Source of the DNA: an uncultured Planctomycetota bacterium
GTDB taxonomy: Bacteria; Planctomycetota; Planctomycetia; Gemmatales; Gemmataceae
Length of the DNA: 64,000 bases
Assembly (NCBI GenBank): GCA_963849325.1
Contig: CAWKHF010000010.1
Coordinates: 32,001 to 96,000, forward strand
Reading direction: 5' to 3'
Positions 29,848 through 40,833 of this stretch are shown here, in pieces; within the stretch, counting starts at the first letter, position 1; every line of letters begins with the position of its first letter. The notes under the pieces are model-generated. The model was not told the DNA's origin, searched no databases, and was given only the letters and a program-made list of their open reading frames with translations. The translations under genes were made by a program, and so were the position numbers.

Positions 29848-31923
29848 TCACTTCAACGCCGCCTCCGCCGCCTCGACGCCGACAAGCGGCGCCTGACAGG
29901 TGAAGTTCTGACAGACGTAGGTTGTAACCGTCCCCTGGCCGGTCTTGCCGGCGAGCAGCGGCAGCATCTCTTCCAACTTTTTATCATCTGAACCTGGGGC
30001 TTTCAGGGCCACGACGCAGTTGGGGCGGAACGAGGCGCAGGAGGAGGCGCAAGACGCGGCGCGTGTCCTCGGAAGCTGGGTCGCCGACGACCGCAATCTC
30101 TTGGACCGGTCCCAAATGGAAATCCAGGGCGAGGAGCATCTGTCCCGCCGCCAGCGGATGCGCCGCCAGTAGTCCGCGATACAGCCGCAGCGTCGTCTCC
30201 GCCTTCTCTTGCAGGTCCATGCGGCCAGTCAGTTTCACCAGCCGCAAGAGAGCCGTCACGGCCATCGAATTGCCGGACGGGATGGCGTTGTCGTGGGGAT
30301 CCTTGCCGCGTGCGATCAGCGACTCATGATCGCGTCCGGTGTAGAAGAAACCACCGTCGGCCGTGTCCCAGAACTGATCGATCATCGTCTCGGTCAGGTC
30401 CAGCGCCGTCTCGATCCAGCGCGGCGCGAAGGTCGCCTCGTACAGCGACACCAGGCCGTCGAGCAAGAACGAATAATCTTCGAGATAGGCGTTCAGCTTC
30501 GGCTCGGAACCGGCGCTCCAGGTGCGCAGCAGCCGGCCGTCCTTGGTGCGCAGGCGCGTGAGAAGGAAATCGGCGGCGCGGGCGGCGGCCTCGGCGTAAT
30601 CGGGGCGGTCAAGTACCTGCGCTGCCTGGGCCAGCACGCCGATCATGAGGCCATTCCACGAGGTCAGCGCCTTCTCGTCCCGTCCAGGCCAGACGCGCTG
30701 GCTTCGCACCTCGAAGAGCTTGCGCCGACAGACATCGAGTCGGCGCGCAGGTCCGGCTCGCTTCGTCCGTGGAGACGTGCATACTGGGCGAACGTCTTGA
30801 CGCGATGGAGGATATTCTTGCCATCTTCCCAGTTGCCTTCCGGCTCGATGCCGTAAACGACGTTGAAGAGTTCCGCGTCCTCTCGGCCGAGGATCTGCTC
30901 GATCTCCGCCGCCGACCAGACGTAGAACTTGCCCTCCTCGCCCTCGCTATCGGCGTCAAGCGTGCTGTAAAAAGGACCGTCGGGACTGGTCATCTCGCGC
31001 AGCACCCAACCCAGGGTCTCCTCGACGACCTCGCGGTAGAACGGCTCGCCGGTGGCCTGGAACGTCTCCAGGTAGCAGGGCAGGAGCAGGGCGTTGTCGT
31101 ACAGCATCTTCTCGAAGTGCGGCACGAGCCAGCGTTCGTCCGTACTGTAGCGAGCGAAGCCACCGCCGAGGTGGTCGTAGATGCCCCCCCGCGCCATGTG
31201 GTCGAGGGTGACGCGAACCATCTCCAGGGCTTGCGGGTCGTCGAAGCGCCGCCAGCAGCGCAGCAGCAGGCGCAGGTCCATCGGATGCGGAAACTTGGGC
31301 GCCTGTCCGAAACCGCCGTGCCGCGAATCGAACGCCCGCGATAGACCGCTCAGCGCCTGCCGCAACAGCGTGGCATCGAGTTCGCCTTCCTCGGCTTCCA
31401 GCCGGCCGAAGTCCTGCAAGTGTCCCGTGATCTGCGCCGCCGCCTCGTTGACCTCGGCGCGGCGCGTCTTCCACACTTCCGCGATGTGCAGCAGCAGCCG
31501 CTTGAAACCGGGTCGGCCATAGCGGTCGTCCGGCGGGAAGTAGGTGCCGCCGGTGAAGGGGCGCAGGTCCGGCGTCAGAAATACCGACATCGGCCAGCCG
31601 CCCGAACCGGTCAGCATCTGCACCGACGCCATGTAAATCTGATCGAGGTCCGGCCGCTCCTCTCGATCAACCTTGATGCTAACGAAGTAGTCATTGAGGA
31701 TTTGGGCGATCTCTTCATTCTCAAAACTCTCGTGCTCCATGACGTGGCACCAGTGACAGGCCGAGTAGCCGATGCTGAGGAAGATGGGCCGGTCGAGCCG
31801 CTTCGCCCGCTCCAGCGCTTCCGGTCCCCAGGGAAACCAGTCCACGGGGTTATGGGCGTGCTGCCGCAAGTAGGGGCTGGTTTCGTGGCTGAGCCGGTTG
31901 GTGAAGGTTGCGTGCTCGGACAT
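29848..31923 (-). CDS. Thioredoxin-domain protein YyaL/SSP411 (DUF255) (frameshifted)
   Basis: [41 protein letters not shown] and YVCQNFTC motifs. Confidence 0.93.
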
Positions 31924-32032
31924 GGTTCATCTCCGCGGGCGGCGCGATCGTGCTCCCTCCTAGCATGTTATGAAACTCGGCCCTCGATGCGGGGAAGGGT
32001 TTCCTTCGAGGGGCACAGACAGATGAGGCTGG

Positions 32033-33221
32033 TTATCGAAGGGGCTGTCCGTCCACGAACACCTGGCAAACCTCCATCTCCTCGTTCAGCACGAGTAAAT
32101 CCGCCCGTTTGCCGGCGGCGATGCTGCCGAGTTCGTGGTTCCAACCGGCGATCCGCGCCGGCGTCAGGCTGGCCATGCGAATCACTTCAACCAGCGGCGC
32201 TCCCGTCAGATGCCGGAACGTCCGCACGCCATGATCCATGCCCATCACGCCGGACGCCAGCGCCTGGCCGTCCGGCATCACGCCGACGCCGTCGCGGCGC
32301 AGGATCGGCTCGCCGCCGTCGGATGGGCCGAACAGATATTCGCCATCCGGCATGTCCAGGGCGCGATTGCAGTCCGTCACCAGGGCCAGGCGATCCGGCC
32401 CCTTGATCTTGTAGGCCAAAAGCAGCAGCTCGCGCGTCAGGTGTTTGCCGTCGGCGATGACTTCGGTCGTTAGTGCGTCGAAGAAAAGCGTTGCTTCCAT
32501 GAGTCCGCCGCGCATGGGATACGTCTGCGTTGGCCGCAGGCGGGCGCGGTCGGACATGGCGCAAAACAGGTGATCGACGTGCCGGACGCCCCAGCCGACC
32601 GCCGCCTCCACCTGATCGAAGGTCGCATGGGAATGGCCGGCATTACAGCGGATGCCCCGCGCGGCAGGCGCGGACGAACGCCTCGGCGCCGGGCAATTCC
32701 GGAGCGACGGTCGCCGTGGCGATGCAGTCGGCGTAATCGAGGAACGGCAGATAATCGGCCGGTTCCGGCGGACGCACGGCCGCGCCGGGGTGACAGCCGC
32801 GCGCCTCCGGAGCGAAATAAGGTCCGTAGAAATGAGCGCCGAGGATGGCGGCGCCGCCGGTGCCCTCCGTCTTCAGTTGCCGGCACACGTCGAGAAAGGT
32901 CCGGTGCTGCTCGTGCCGAGCCACGGTCGTCGTCGGCAGCAAACTCGTGGTACCGTGACGAGCGTGCGCGCGACAGACCGTGCGGAAGGCGTCGTCCGTG
33001 CCGTCCATGAAGTCGGCGCCGGCGCCACCGTGGACGTGCAGATCCACAAAGCCGGGAGATAGGTAGCCGCCTTGCAGATCGATGACCTCCGCACCCGAGG
33101 GGGCCGGCACGGAGGCGGCGTCAACCGCAGTGATGCGCGAATCCTCCACGGTCACTGAACCGCCTACAAGCAGATGGTCGGCGAGAAGGATAGTGCCGGC
33201 CGTGAAGTGCCGAATGGACAT
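32033..33221 (-). CDS. nagA: N-acetylglucosamine-6-phosphate deacetylase (frameshifted)
   Basis: PGFVDLHVHG, HGTT, TVAPE, DHLFCAM, IADGKH, LVTD and GKRADL motifs. Confidence 0.88.
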
Positions 33222-33261
33222 GCGCGGTGATCGCTACAGGAACTCCTTGACTACGCCCCAA

Positions 33262-33645
33262 TCAAATTCCATATCGCCTAACGGATCGATGGGGCAAATC
33301 ATCCACCTCTTTCCGATCGAGCAGCCAGGCTTTCACCAACGCGAACGCCTGTTCCATGTTGTCAAAAGCGCCCGCCTCGGTCCAAGCTCCATGGAAAGCA
33401 CTGGCAGACTCCTTCAGTTTACTTGGCAACACGGAGATGGCCCCCTGCATGTTGTAATGCAGAGTTCCCAGCGGTTCCTGGGCAGGGCCCGTCCCAGGTA
33501 AGGAATCCTTTCGCCACACATCGATCCATCTGCGGTCCTTTTGAAACGTGAAATCCCTTCGGAACGGCTCCAGATCGATTCCTTGCTGTTGGGCAAAGGA
33601 AACGAGTTCTTGTGCGGTTGCTCGAAAACTGTCCAGAGGGTCCAT
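33262..33645 (-). CDS. Hypothetical protein, candidate immunity/antitoxin (start could be 33693)
   Basis: Lower-GC ORF immediately downstream of the small kinase-like gene. Confidence 0.65.
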   Translation of the reverse strand: MDPLDSFRATAQELVSFAQQQGIDLEPFRRDFTFQKDRRWIDVWRKDSLPGTGPAQEPLGTLHYNMQGAISVLPSKLKESASAFHGAWTEAGAFDNMEQAFALVKAWLLDRKEVDDLPHRSVRRYGI

Positions 33646-33685
33646 TCGTCGTGCCCTTTCCGCTCGCTCAGAAAACACGGTGCTG

Positions 33686-34090
33686 CTACTCAAGTAATAT
33701 CCATCGGAGCGTAGGATTGTCTACCGTAGTGCCCCACATCAAATTACCTCCAGCATCGGGGATTTGGGGAAGGAAGTCTTGAAGCACCTTGGCTTTTTCG
33801 GCCAAATCTTCCGGCACATCCGTAGGCAGCACTTTCTCTTTGACAAGGAAGCCCTGTCGGAGATCAGCAGGGGTCTGAGCCTTGACCACGTTATCCGGAC
33901 GAATGGCCCGTGCTTTTGCCAGATTGGCGAACTCGTTTCCCGCTTGGAGCGGAGATGTGCCGCCTGGGTGGAACTCCTTCACCACCCAACCGGGCTGATC
34001 GAGGTTTTCGTAGACGACGCCCTCCGCACCCCGTCCCAGTTCTCTCCCCATCCGAGGTTTTCCCGTTTGGGGATCGGGAATAGGGCCCAT
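33686..34090 (-). CDS. Minimal protein-kinase-like protein, candidate toxin
   Basis: LGRGAEGVVY Gly loop, VVKEF lysine, NEF alphaC Glu, LVKEKV hinge, DAGGN catalytic loop. Ends at WILLE. Confidence 0.65.
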   Translation of the reverse strand: MGPIPDPQTGKPRMGRELGRGAEGVVYENLDQPGWVVKEFHPGGTSPLQAGNEFANLAKARAIRPDNVVKAQTPADLRQGFLVKEKVLPTDVPEDLAEKAKVLQDFLPQIPDAGGNLMWGTTVDNPTLRWILLE

Positions 34091-34160
34091 GCCCGACGGA
34101 TTCGGCGCCAAGACCTACGTCTCCGCGGAAAAGATCGCTAAGCCGCAAGCGGCGCTGGAA

Positions 34161-36675
34161 TCAATGCCGGAACAGAAACTCCTTGGCATTGAGCAGAGCC
34201 CAGTGAATGTCCTCCCACGCCTTGCGCTTGTCCGCCGCCCGCGCCACGTGCTCCAGCGCGACCTTGACATCGTTGGACGTTGGCGGACGCGATAGCGTGG
34301 ATAAGTACAGTTCGTTGAGGATCTCCCGTTCCGACGTTTTGGCGCTCAGCAATCGCCCGATGCGATTGTTGGGGTTGCGCAGCTTCTCGTTGACCGTTGG
34401 GCCGTTGATGAGCTGCAGCGCCTGGGCGAGATTGCTGTCGCTCTCGCGCTCGCACTCACACGCCAGCTCGCGAGCCGGCTGGCCGAACGTCTTGAGGAAC
34501 GGGTGATTGGCGTCGCCGTCGGGCAGTTGCACCGCATGAGTACCCAGCGGCAGGCCGGTGAACTTCTCCGGCACCTCCGTCACGACGCACAGGGCGTCGA
34601 GCAACTGCTCCGCCGTCAAGAGCTTCGTTACGGCGTGCGAGAAATACTTGCTGTCGTCCTTGTTGAACTCATTGCCCTGGGCGCTGAGCTGATACGTCCG
34701 CGAGTTCATGATGACGCGGATCAGGTGCTTGACGTCGAACTTGCTGGCGACGAAATCCTTTGCCAGTGCGTCGAGCAGCTCGTCGTTGGCCGACGGGTTC
34801 GAGTCGCGGAAATCGTCCACCGGATCGACGACGCCCTTGCCGTTAAGGTGATACCAGATCCGGTTCGCGACCGACTTGGCGAAGAAAGGGTTGTCGCCGC
34901 TGGCGAGCCAGTCGGCAAGGACTTGCCGGCGGTCCTTGCCGGGCGGAATGACCGGCACGGCCCCGCCCATGAACTTCGGCTTCATCACCTGGCCGGTACG
35001 AGGCTGCGTCACCTCGCCGGAGCGGCTGTCGTAGACGATCTCGGCGCCCGACTGCTGCGGTGTCGGTGCCCGGCTCCCGCGCGTCCTTCTTCTGGCGGAC
35101 GCGAGCGAAGAACGCGGCCGTGCTGTAGTAGTCGTCCTGCGTCCAGCGCTCGAAGGGGTGATTGTGGCACTTGGCGCACTGCATGCGGATGCCGAAGAAC
35201 AGTTGCACCGTCGTCTCGGCGAGGTTCTGCGGGTTCGCGGGCAATGCGGTAGTAGTTGGCCGGCGGATTGGCGAAGGTGCTGCCGCTGGCCGTCAACAAC
35301 TCGCGCACCACCGCGTCGAAGCCGGTGTTCTTGACGAGATGGTCGCGCAGCCAGTGCTGGAAGACGTGCGTCCCCTTGACCTGGATCGCCTTACGGCTGC
35401 TGCGGAACACATCGGACCATTTCAGCGTCCAGAAGTCCGCGTATTCCGGCCGTTCGAGAAGAGTGTCGATCAGCCTGTGCTCGCTTGTTCGAGGCGTTGT
35501 CGGCGAGGAACGCGCGTACTTCCTTCGGCGACGGCAGCAGGCCGCACAGATCGAGGTAGACGCGGCGAATGAACTCCTGGTCGGTGCACACGTCGGAGGG
35601 CGGGATACTGAGCATCTTCAGCTTGGCGAAGACGAGCTTATCGACGTAGTTGTTCTCCGGCGGGTTGGGCCAGACGAAGCCCGGACGCGGTTCGAGATAG
35701 GTCAGCCGGACGGTTTGCAGTTCCATGAGGATAGCGGCACAGGATGGCGACCTCGCCGGCCTGTTTGAACTCGACGAGGCCGGTACTGTTGACGTCGGCG
35801 ACGGCGGAATCGCTGCTGCTGAAGACGGTCAGGCGCGTAACGTCGCGGACGCTGCCGTCGGCGAAGTGCCCCATCACGGTCAACTGCTGCCACCGCGCCG
35901 GCGCCGACCTGGACGCGCGAACCGGGCAGGACTTCGATGCTCTGGAGTACCGGCAGCGTCGGCCGGGTCGTCGCGCAGCCCCTCGGCCAGCCAGTCGTGC
36001 ATGGCGCGTCCGGGAACGCTGCCGGGAAGGTAGCGCTGCGCCGCCCTCGTGCGGCACCCGGCCGAGGGCCTTCTGCAAGATCAGGCTGGCGTCCGGCTCC
36101 TGGCGATCCGTGCGACGGCCGAGCACGTCGCGGGTCAGCTGGATGTAATCGGCGGCCGGGTCGAAACCCCGCAGGCTGAGCTTGAAGCCGTTCTTGCCGG
36201 AAGGCGTTCCATGACAGGCGCCGGCGTTGCAACCGCCGACGTTGAGAGCGGCGATGACCTCGTTGCGGAAGCTCGTCGCGTGCGGCTTGTCGAGAGCCTG
36301 GACCGTCACCGGCACACGCACGTTCTGGCCGCCGGCCTTCACGACGAGGGCCGTGCTGCCATTCTTTTTCGGCGTTACGAAGCCGGTCTCATCGACCGTG
36401 GCGATGGCCGGCGCCTCGCTCGCCAGTTCGCATACGCCGGTCAGGTCGCGGAGGGTTCCGCCGGCGTAACGGCCGGTGACGACGAGCTGCTGATGGGCAT
36501 GTCCGCCGGTGAGTACGATGGACTGCGGCTGGACCTGCAGCGCGGTGGGCTGGCCGATGACGGCAGCCTTGCCGGCGGCGTCGGCGGGCGTGCCGGCCGA
36601 TGCGGGCAGGACGGACAAACAGGCGAAGAAACCGGCGAGGAACGGGCGGAGGAAACGCGGCAACGAACCGTTCAT
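34161..36675 (-). CDS. DUF1549/DUF1553 protein with Ig-like (BIG2) domains (frameshifted)
   Basis: CNAGACHG, FIRRVYLDLCG, CAKCHNHP, CECER and EFLFRH motifs. Confidence 0.9.
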
Positions 36676-36873
36676 GGGATGTCGCCCTCTTGCGGATTCG
36701 AGTACTTCCAGTCGGTAGGGTGAACCGGCGGGCCTGGCGGTGAGCTTCTTGGTTCAGTCTACTCACTCGAACCCGGCAAAGCGACTCTATTTTGCCGGAA
36801 TTCAACGATCGTCGCTTCTCGTCGCCTGGTTTGGCCAGAGAAGTCTTGAATGTTCCCTTTCGCACGATGCCAT

Positions 36874-36958
36874 TTTGAACCACGGATAACACGGATGGCA
36901 CGGATAAAGACAACCAGAATGTTTCTCTTGTTTTTGTCCGTGTTATCCGTGGTTCAAA
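36874..36958. repeat. Inverted repeat of iterated CACGGA(T) units
   Basis: 22-bp perfect arms tttgaaccacggataacacgga / tccgtgttatccgtggttcaaa. Confidence 0.85.
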
Positions 36959-37126
36959 GTGCATTTTGTTCGTGGCTCTTATCCCTCCTGGCCTTCTACC
37001 GCGCCTGGTTGAAGGCGGCGTTCAGTAATGGCTCCCACGAGGACGGCAAGGATCGTCAATCCTTCATCCTGTCGGACCTCCCTACGGTGCTTCGCTACCA
37101 ACTCAAGAGAGCGACACGGCCCCTCC

Positions 37127-38857
37127 TCACAGGGCACTTGCCTGATGGAGCCTGTCCGCAAAGCGGTCGATCAGTGTCTCACGCACGAGCTTGTCCACTT
37201 GGCCGAGCTGCGCGATGGCCAGGAAGCCGTAGTGGATCGTTTTTATGCCGTTGTTCCACAACCCCGGTCGGATTTGCGTCCGCGTCACGACTTGCACGGT
37301 ACGGAAAATCAAATCCCCGCTGTCCGCGACCAGCCAGGAACCGCTACGTCTCATGCCGGAGACTTCGAGAGGCGAGTAGCTCTCGCGCGTCGGGCCAAAC
37401 AGGCTCTCCTTGTAGACCAGCGCGCGGCGATTGGTGAGCACGTAGCAGGTACGCCGGGCCAACTTCCAACGCACCAGCGTCACCGCCGACACGCCCACGG
37501 ACACGAAGAACAGGCCAATCGGAAGCAGGGGGTTGCCCCGTTTCGGCGTCGCCGGGGGAACTACCATCCGCTTGCCTGGCTGGAAGCGCGGCGGCGCGAC
37601 CTTGGGCGGCGGCATCAGCGTGACGGCCAGCCAGAGCAACGCGATCAGAACCCCGACACCGCCCACCGCCAGGTAGCCGCTGCCGCGGACGAGGACCAGC
37701 TTGGGAAGCGGCTGGCCGATCCAGACCGGCATCTCCTTCGGCTCCAATCCCGCCAGTGCCTTGTCCTGGAGGTCCGCCGGGATCGAGCCGTCTGCCCGGC
37801 AGGAGATCGGAGCGTCGGCACCGGCATCGGCCTGACGCGGAGCCATCGGGACGGCGGCCGCGCAGCGGGGACAATGGACCAACTTCCCGGGCAGCGCGGG
37901 CGGCGCCTCGATGGTCGCGCCACAAACACAGACTACCGAGGCCGCCTGGGCCGGCCGCTGTCGATCGTCGCGGTTGGACGCGGCGGGTTGCGGCGTGTCC
38001 AGCGCTTGCTCGAGCGGCAGCAGCAACCTCGTGCGGATGAGGTCTTCCACTTCGCGCACCTGGTCGAGGCACATGAATCCGCGCGGGACTCGCTGGGGCG
38101 AGTTGGACAGGCCGCCGATCGAGTTTTGCTGGAGGAAGGAGCCGGTATTCAGATTGAGGGTATTTCCGGGGAGAACGAATTCGTATCCCAAGATCAAATC
38201 GCCCGCGCCGGGGACGGTGGCATGGCCCCGGCGCTCCAGGCCGAGTAGCTGCTGCGGGAGGTAGCTGCGGGCCACAGGCGCCCGTTGCCACACCGACGGC
38301 TCGACGAGCAGCGCGCGGCGGTTGGTGACGACATAGCAATATCGGCAGGATTTCGCCGGGTTGACCAGCAAGGGGAGCAGGAAAACCAGTCCGATCACCC
38401 CCAGGGCGCCGGCGAATACGTAGCCAAACAGCTGTCCGCCACCCTGTTTCGCCGGCTGCCCGCCTGCCGACGAGACCAGCATGAACCCGACGAGGATGAC
38501 GGAGAGGAGGATCAATCCCCCGCCCATCACCGGCAGCATCGGATTGCGCGGATGGACCTGAGGATTGCGCGACGGCCGACCCAGCCAGAGCATTTTTTCA
38601 TCGCCGGTCAGCTCCTTCTCGACAGCCAGGCGGAAGGAGTCCGGGATCTCCAACTCCGCGAACGTTTGCGCGGTCGGCGGCCGCAGGTTCGAGGGCGCAA
38701 CGGCGTCTACGGGGGGGACGCGGACGACGGCGCTGTTCGGTTCGCCCTGGCCGGGCAGCTGTTCGCGGCTCGCGGAGCACGACAGGTTAGCTCCTTCCGT
38801 GGAGCCACCTGCTTCGGTCGGACGACCACCCACGGACGAGAGGGTGTTTGCATTCAT
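37127..38857 (-). CDS. Membrane protein with two tandem 2TM plus PH-like modules separated by a zinc ribbon
   Basis: Internal repeat WxGxP...CYV(V/L)TNRRAL...SY.P...GDLI...GF occurs twice, with a central CVC...CPRC. Confidence 0.75.
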   Translation of the reverse strand: MNANTLSSVGGRPTEAGGSTEGANLSCSASREQLPGQGEPNSAVVRVPPVDAVAPSNLRPPTAQTFAELEIPDSFRLAVEKELTGDEKMLWLGRPSRNPQVHPRNPMLPVMGGGLILLSVILVGFMLVSSAGGQPAKQGGGQLFGYVFAGALGVIGLVFLLPLLVNPAKSCRYCYVVTNRRALLVEPSVWQRAPVARSYLPQQLLGLERRGHATVPGAGDLILGYEFVLPGNTLNLNTGSFLQQNSIGGLSNSPQRVPRGFMCLDQVREVEDLIRTRLLLPLEQALDTPQPAASNRDDRQRPAQAASVVCVCGATIEAPPALPGKLVHCPRCAAAVPMAPRQADAGADAPISCRADGSIPADLQDKALAGLEPKEMPVWIGQPLPKLVLVRGSGYLAVGGVGVLIALLWLAVTLMPPPKVAPPRFQPGKRMVVPPATPKRGNPLLPIGLFFVSVGVSAVTLVRWKLARRTCYVLTNRRALVYKESLFGPTRESYSPLEVSGMRRSGSWLVADSGDLIFRTVQVVTRTQIRPGLWNNGIKTIHYGFLAIAQLGQVDKLVRETLIDRFADRLHQASAL

Positions 38858-39077
38858 GGCGACTCCCCATTATCCCAAAGTACCGGTTCACGGAGCCGCG
38901 AAAGTATAGGCCGTGAATAAGAAGATCGCAAACATTGCGAAAAGGGGAGGCGCTGGAGAAACATCCGAACGGGACGCCACGGATTTCGGCGGAACCACAA
39001 CCGATGGAATAAGGGTAAGCTCCATCGAGCTTTGCAACGCATTGACCTATTTTCATGTCAATGCGTTGCAGCTTAAC

Positions 39078-40363
39078 CTAATGCGTTGCAGGCGGCGCAA
39101 AGCGAAGAATCGCCCGCTCGCCGTCGTGCCGCTCCTCTGGCTCCTCATCCTTCCAGAATCCGGGCACGATGCCAAGGGTTTCCTGCTCCATAATCAGGCA
39201 ACTCAGGTTGTGGCAGATGATCTTGCACAGCACCTCGTTCACCATCGCTATCTCGTTCTTGCTGGCCACGCTCGTCGCCGAACTTCCGCTTGATTGCCGA
39301 GAAGGTCGATTCGACGTTAGAGCGCTTGTGGTAGTGGGTCATGTACTCTTCCTGCCGCATCTGGAAGTAGTGATAGGCTTTCTCGAAAGCGCCACCGATC
39401 GCGCCTGTGCTGTTGGACTTGAAGGCGATGAACGCCTGAGCGCCGCACTTCAGCTACTTCCTCAAAGTTCTCCACGGAGAGGTAAGCCTTGTCCGCAGAG
39501 ACTTCGCCGATCTCGAAATGAGTCTTCGTCTCCTTCACGAGCGGAACGAATTGCGGGCAGTCGTGTGCATCCTTGTCCAGAATGCGGACGGCGGTAACGA
39601 CGTTCGTTTTCACGCCAGAGGCAATGTGCGTCTTCACCCAAATGCCGCGCGTCGCGGGTGATGCCGTACTTCTGATCGTACCATCGTTCATAAACGCAAG
39701 TGCTGAATCCGCTACTGTCGATGGCGAAGTCTCGCTCAACAGAGCGGAGCGGTCGGGCGCTGTAGCCGATGAGTTCCTTGAGGATCGGCGTGTAGTACGG
39801 GTCTGTCAAAAAGGCCGTCGCCTTTATGCCGGGTATCGGTCTGCTGATGAATCCCTTTTCGTAAGCCTCAAGCAAGTCCGTGGAGAAACGCCGGGCGCTG
39901 TAACCGCAGTACACCTTGTAGGCCATCGTGAAAATCGCATCAGAGACCGCGTGCGGCTTCTGGCCGGTCGTGCTTGCCGGGCGTCCCGCTCCGGCACAAG
40001 GCGGCAGAGGTCGTGCAAAAGGACGCGCAGACGACACTTCTCCGTAGCCTGCGCCATGTTGTACGCTGGCCAGTCCTGCTTGTAAGTCTTCCGCTCCGTC
40101 AGCGTAATCGTCTTCGTCTCAATCACGGTTCCGTCCGGCAGCACGTCCCGCTTGTGGACGATTGAAGCGGCGTAGTAGTGCTTGCAGGTGTTGCCGCCGT
40201 CCGTGTGGTCCAAGCAGGTGCAGGTCTTCGCTTCCAGGTTGACGCGGTACGTCGCGTTACCGCTTTTGTTCGATTGACTCGGAACGAGCCAAGTGCCATC
40301 GTTCAGACGGTTCAGGCGACAGGTCGCCGCGATGATGAGGCCGCGTTCTTCTCTGGCGTCCAT
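39078..40363 (-). CDS. DDE transposase (IS4/IS5 superfamily) with N-terminal SWIM zinc finger (frameshifted)
   Basis: SWIM CTC-x9-CKH, D1 FAIDSSG, WVKTH, D2 SADKAY, and YREK signature YHKRSNVESTFSAIK. Confidence 0.9.
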
Positions 40364-40378
40364 ATCAGTTGCCCCTTG

Positions 40379-40413
40379 ACTACCAATCTATACTAATAGT
40401 ATAGATTGGTAGT
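40379..40413. promoter_or_regulatory. Perfect 35-bp AT-rich palindrome in divergent promoter region (candidate operator)
   Basis: actaccaatctatacta-a-tagtatagattggtagt. ttgact and ttgaca -35-like boxes lie at 40376 and 40416. Confidence 0.7.
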
Positions 40414-40472
40414 TATTGACAATCAAGGGCAAGAGGATATATTTTTAGTATATCCTTTAAGGGAGTTGACTA

Positions 40473-40645
40473 ATGGACGAGAAAAAAATCGGCATGGTGC
40501 AACTACTCGGTTGTCGCTGCCGCTGTGGTCACGAGTGGTTGCCGCGCAAAGCAGAGAAGCCGCGCGTCTGTCCGAAGTGCAAGAGCAGAACTGGGATCGA
40601 CCTCGCAAGTTCGTGGGCAAGGCCAAAAAGAACGGGCAGAAATAG
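40473..40645 (+). CDS. Small basic zinc-ribbon protein, ~57 aa (one indel)
   Basis: GGAG RBS, then MDEKKIGMVQLLGCRCRCGHEWLPRKAEKPRVCPKCKS-(shift)-NWDRPRKFVGKAKKNGQK*. Confidence 0.7.
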
Positions 40646-40833
40646 GACGCGGATTCGGTCTGGCTCATGAACGCTTGACACGTCGATATGTCTTTTGGTT
40701 CATCCGTCGCTGAATCGTCGAGCATAGCAGCTAAGTAGCGAGTGCTACAGCGACGAATAGCACAGAACAATACTCGACGATTCTTGTTGAATATAACCTA
40801 TTAAAAACCATGAACTAATGACAGGACTCGACG

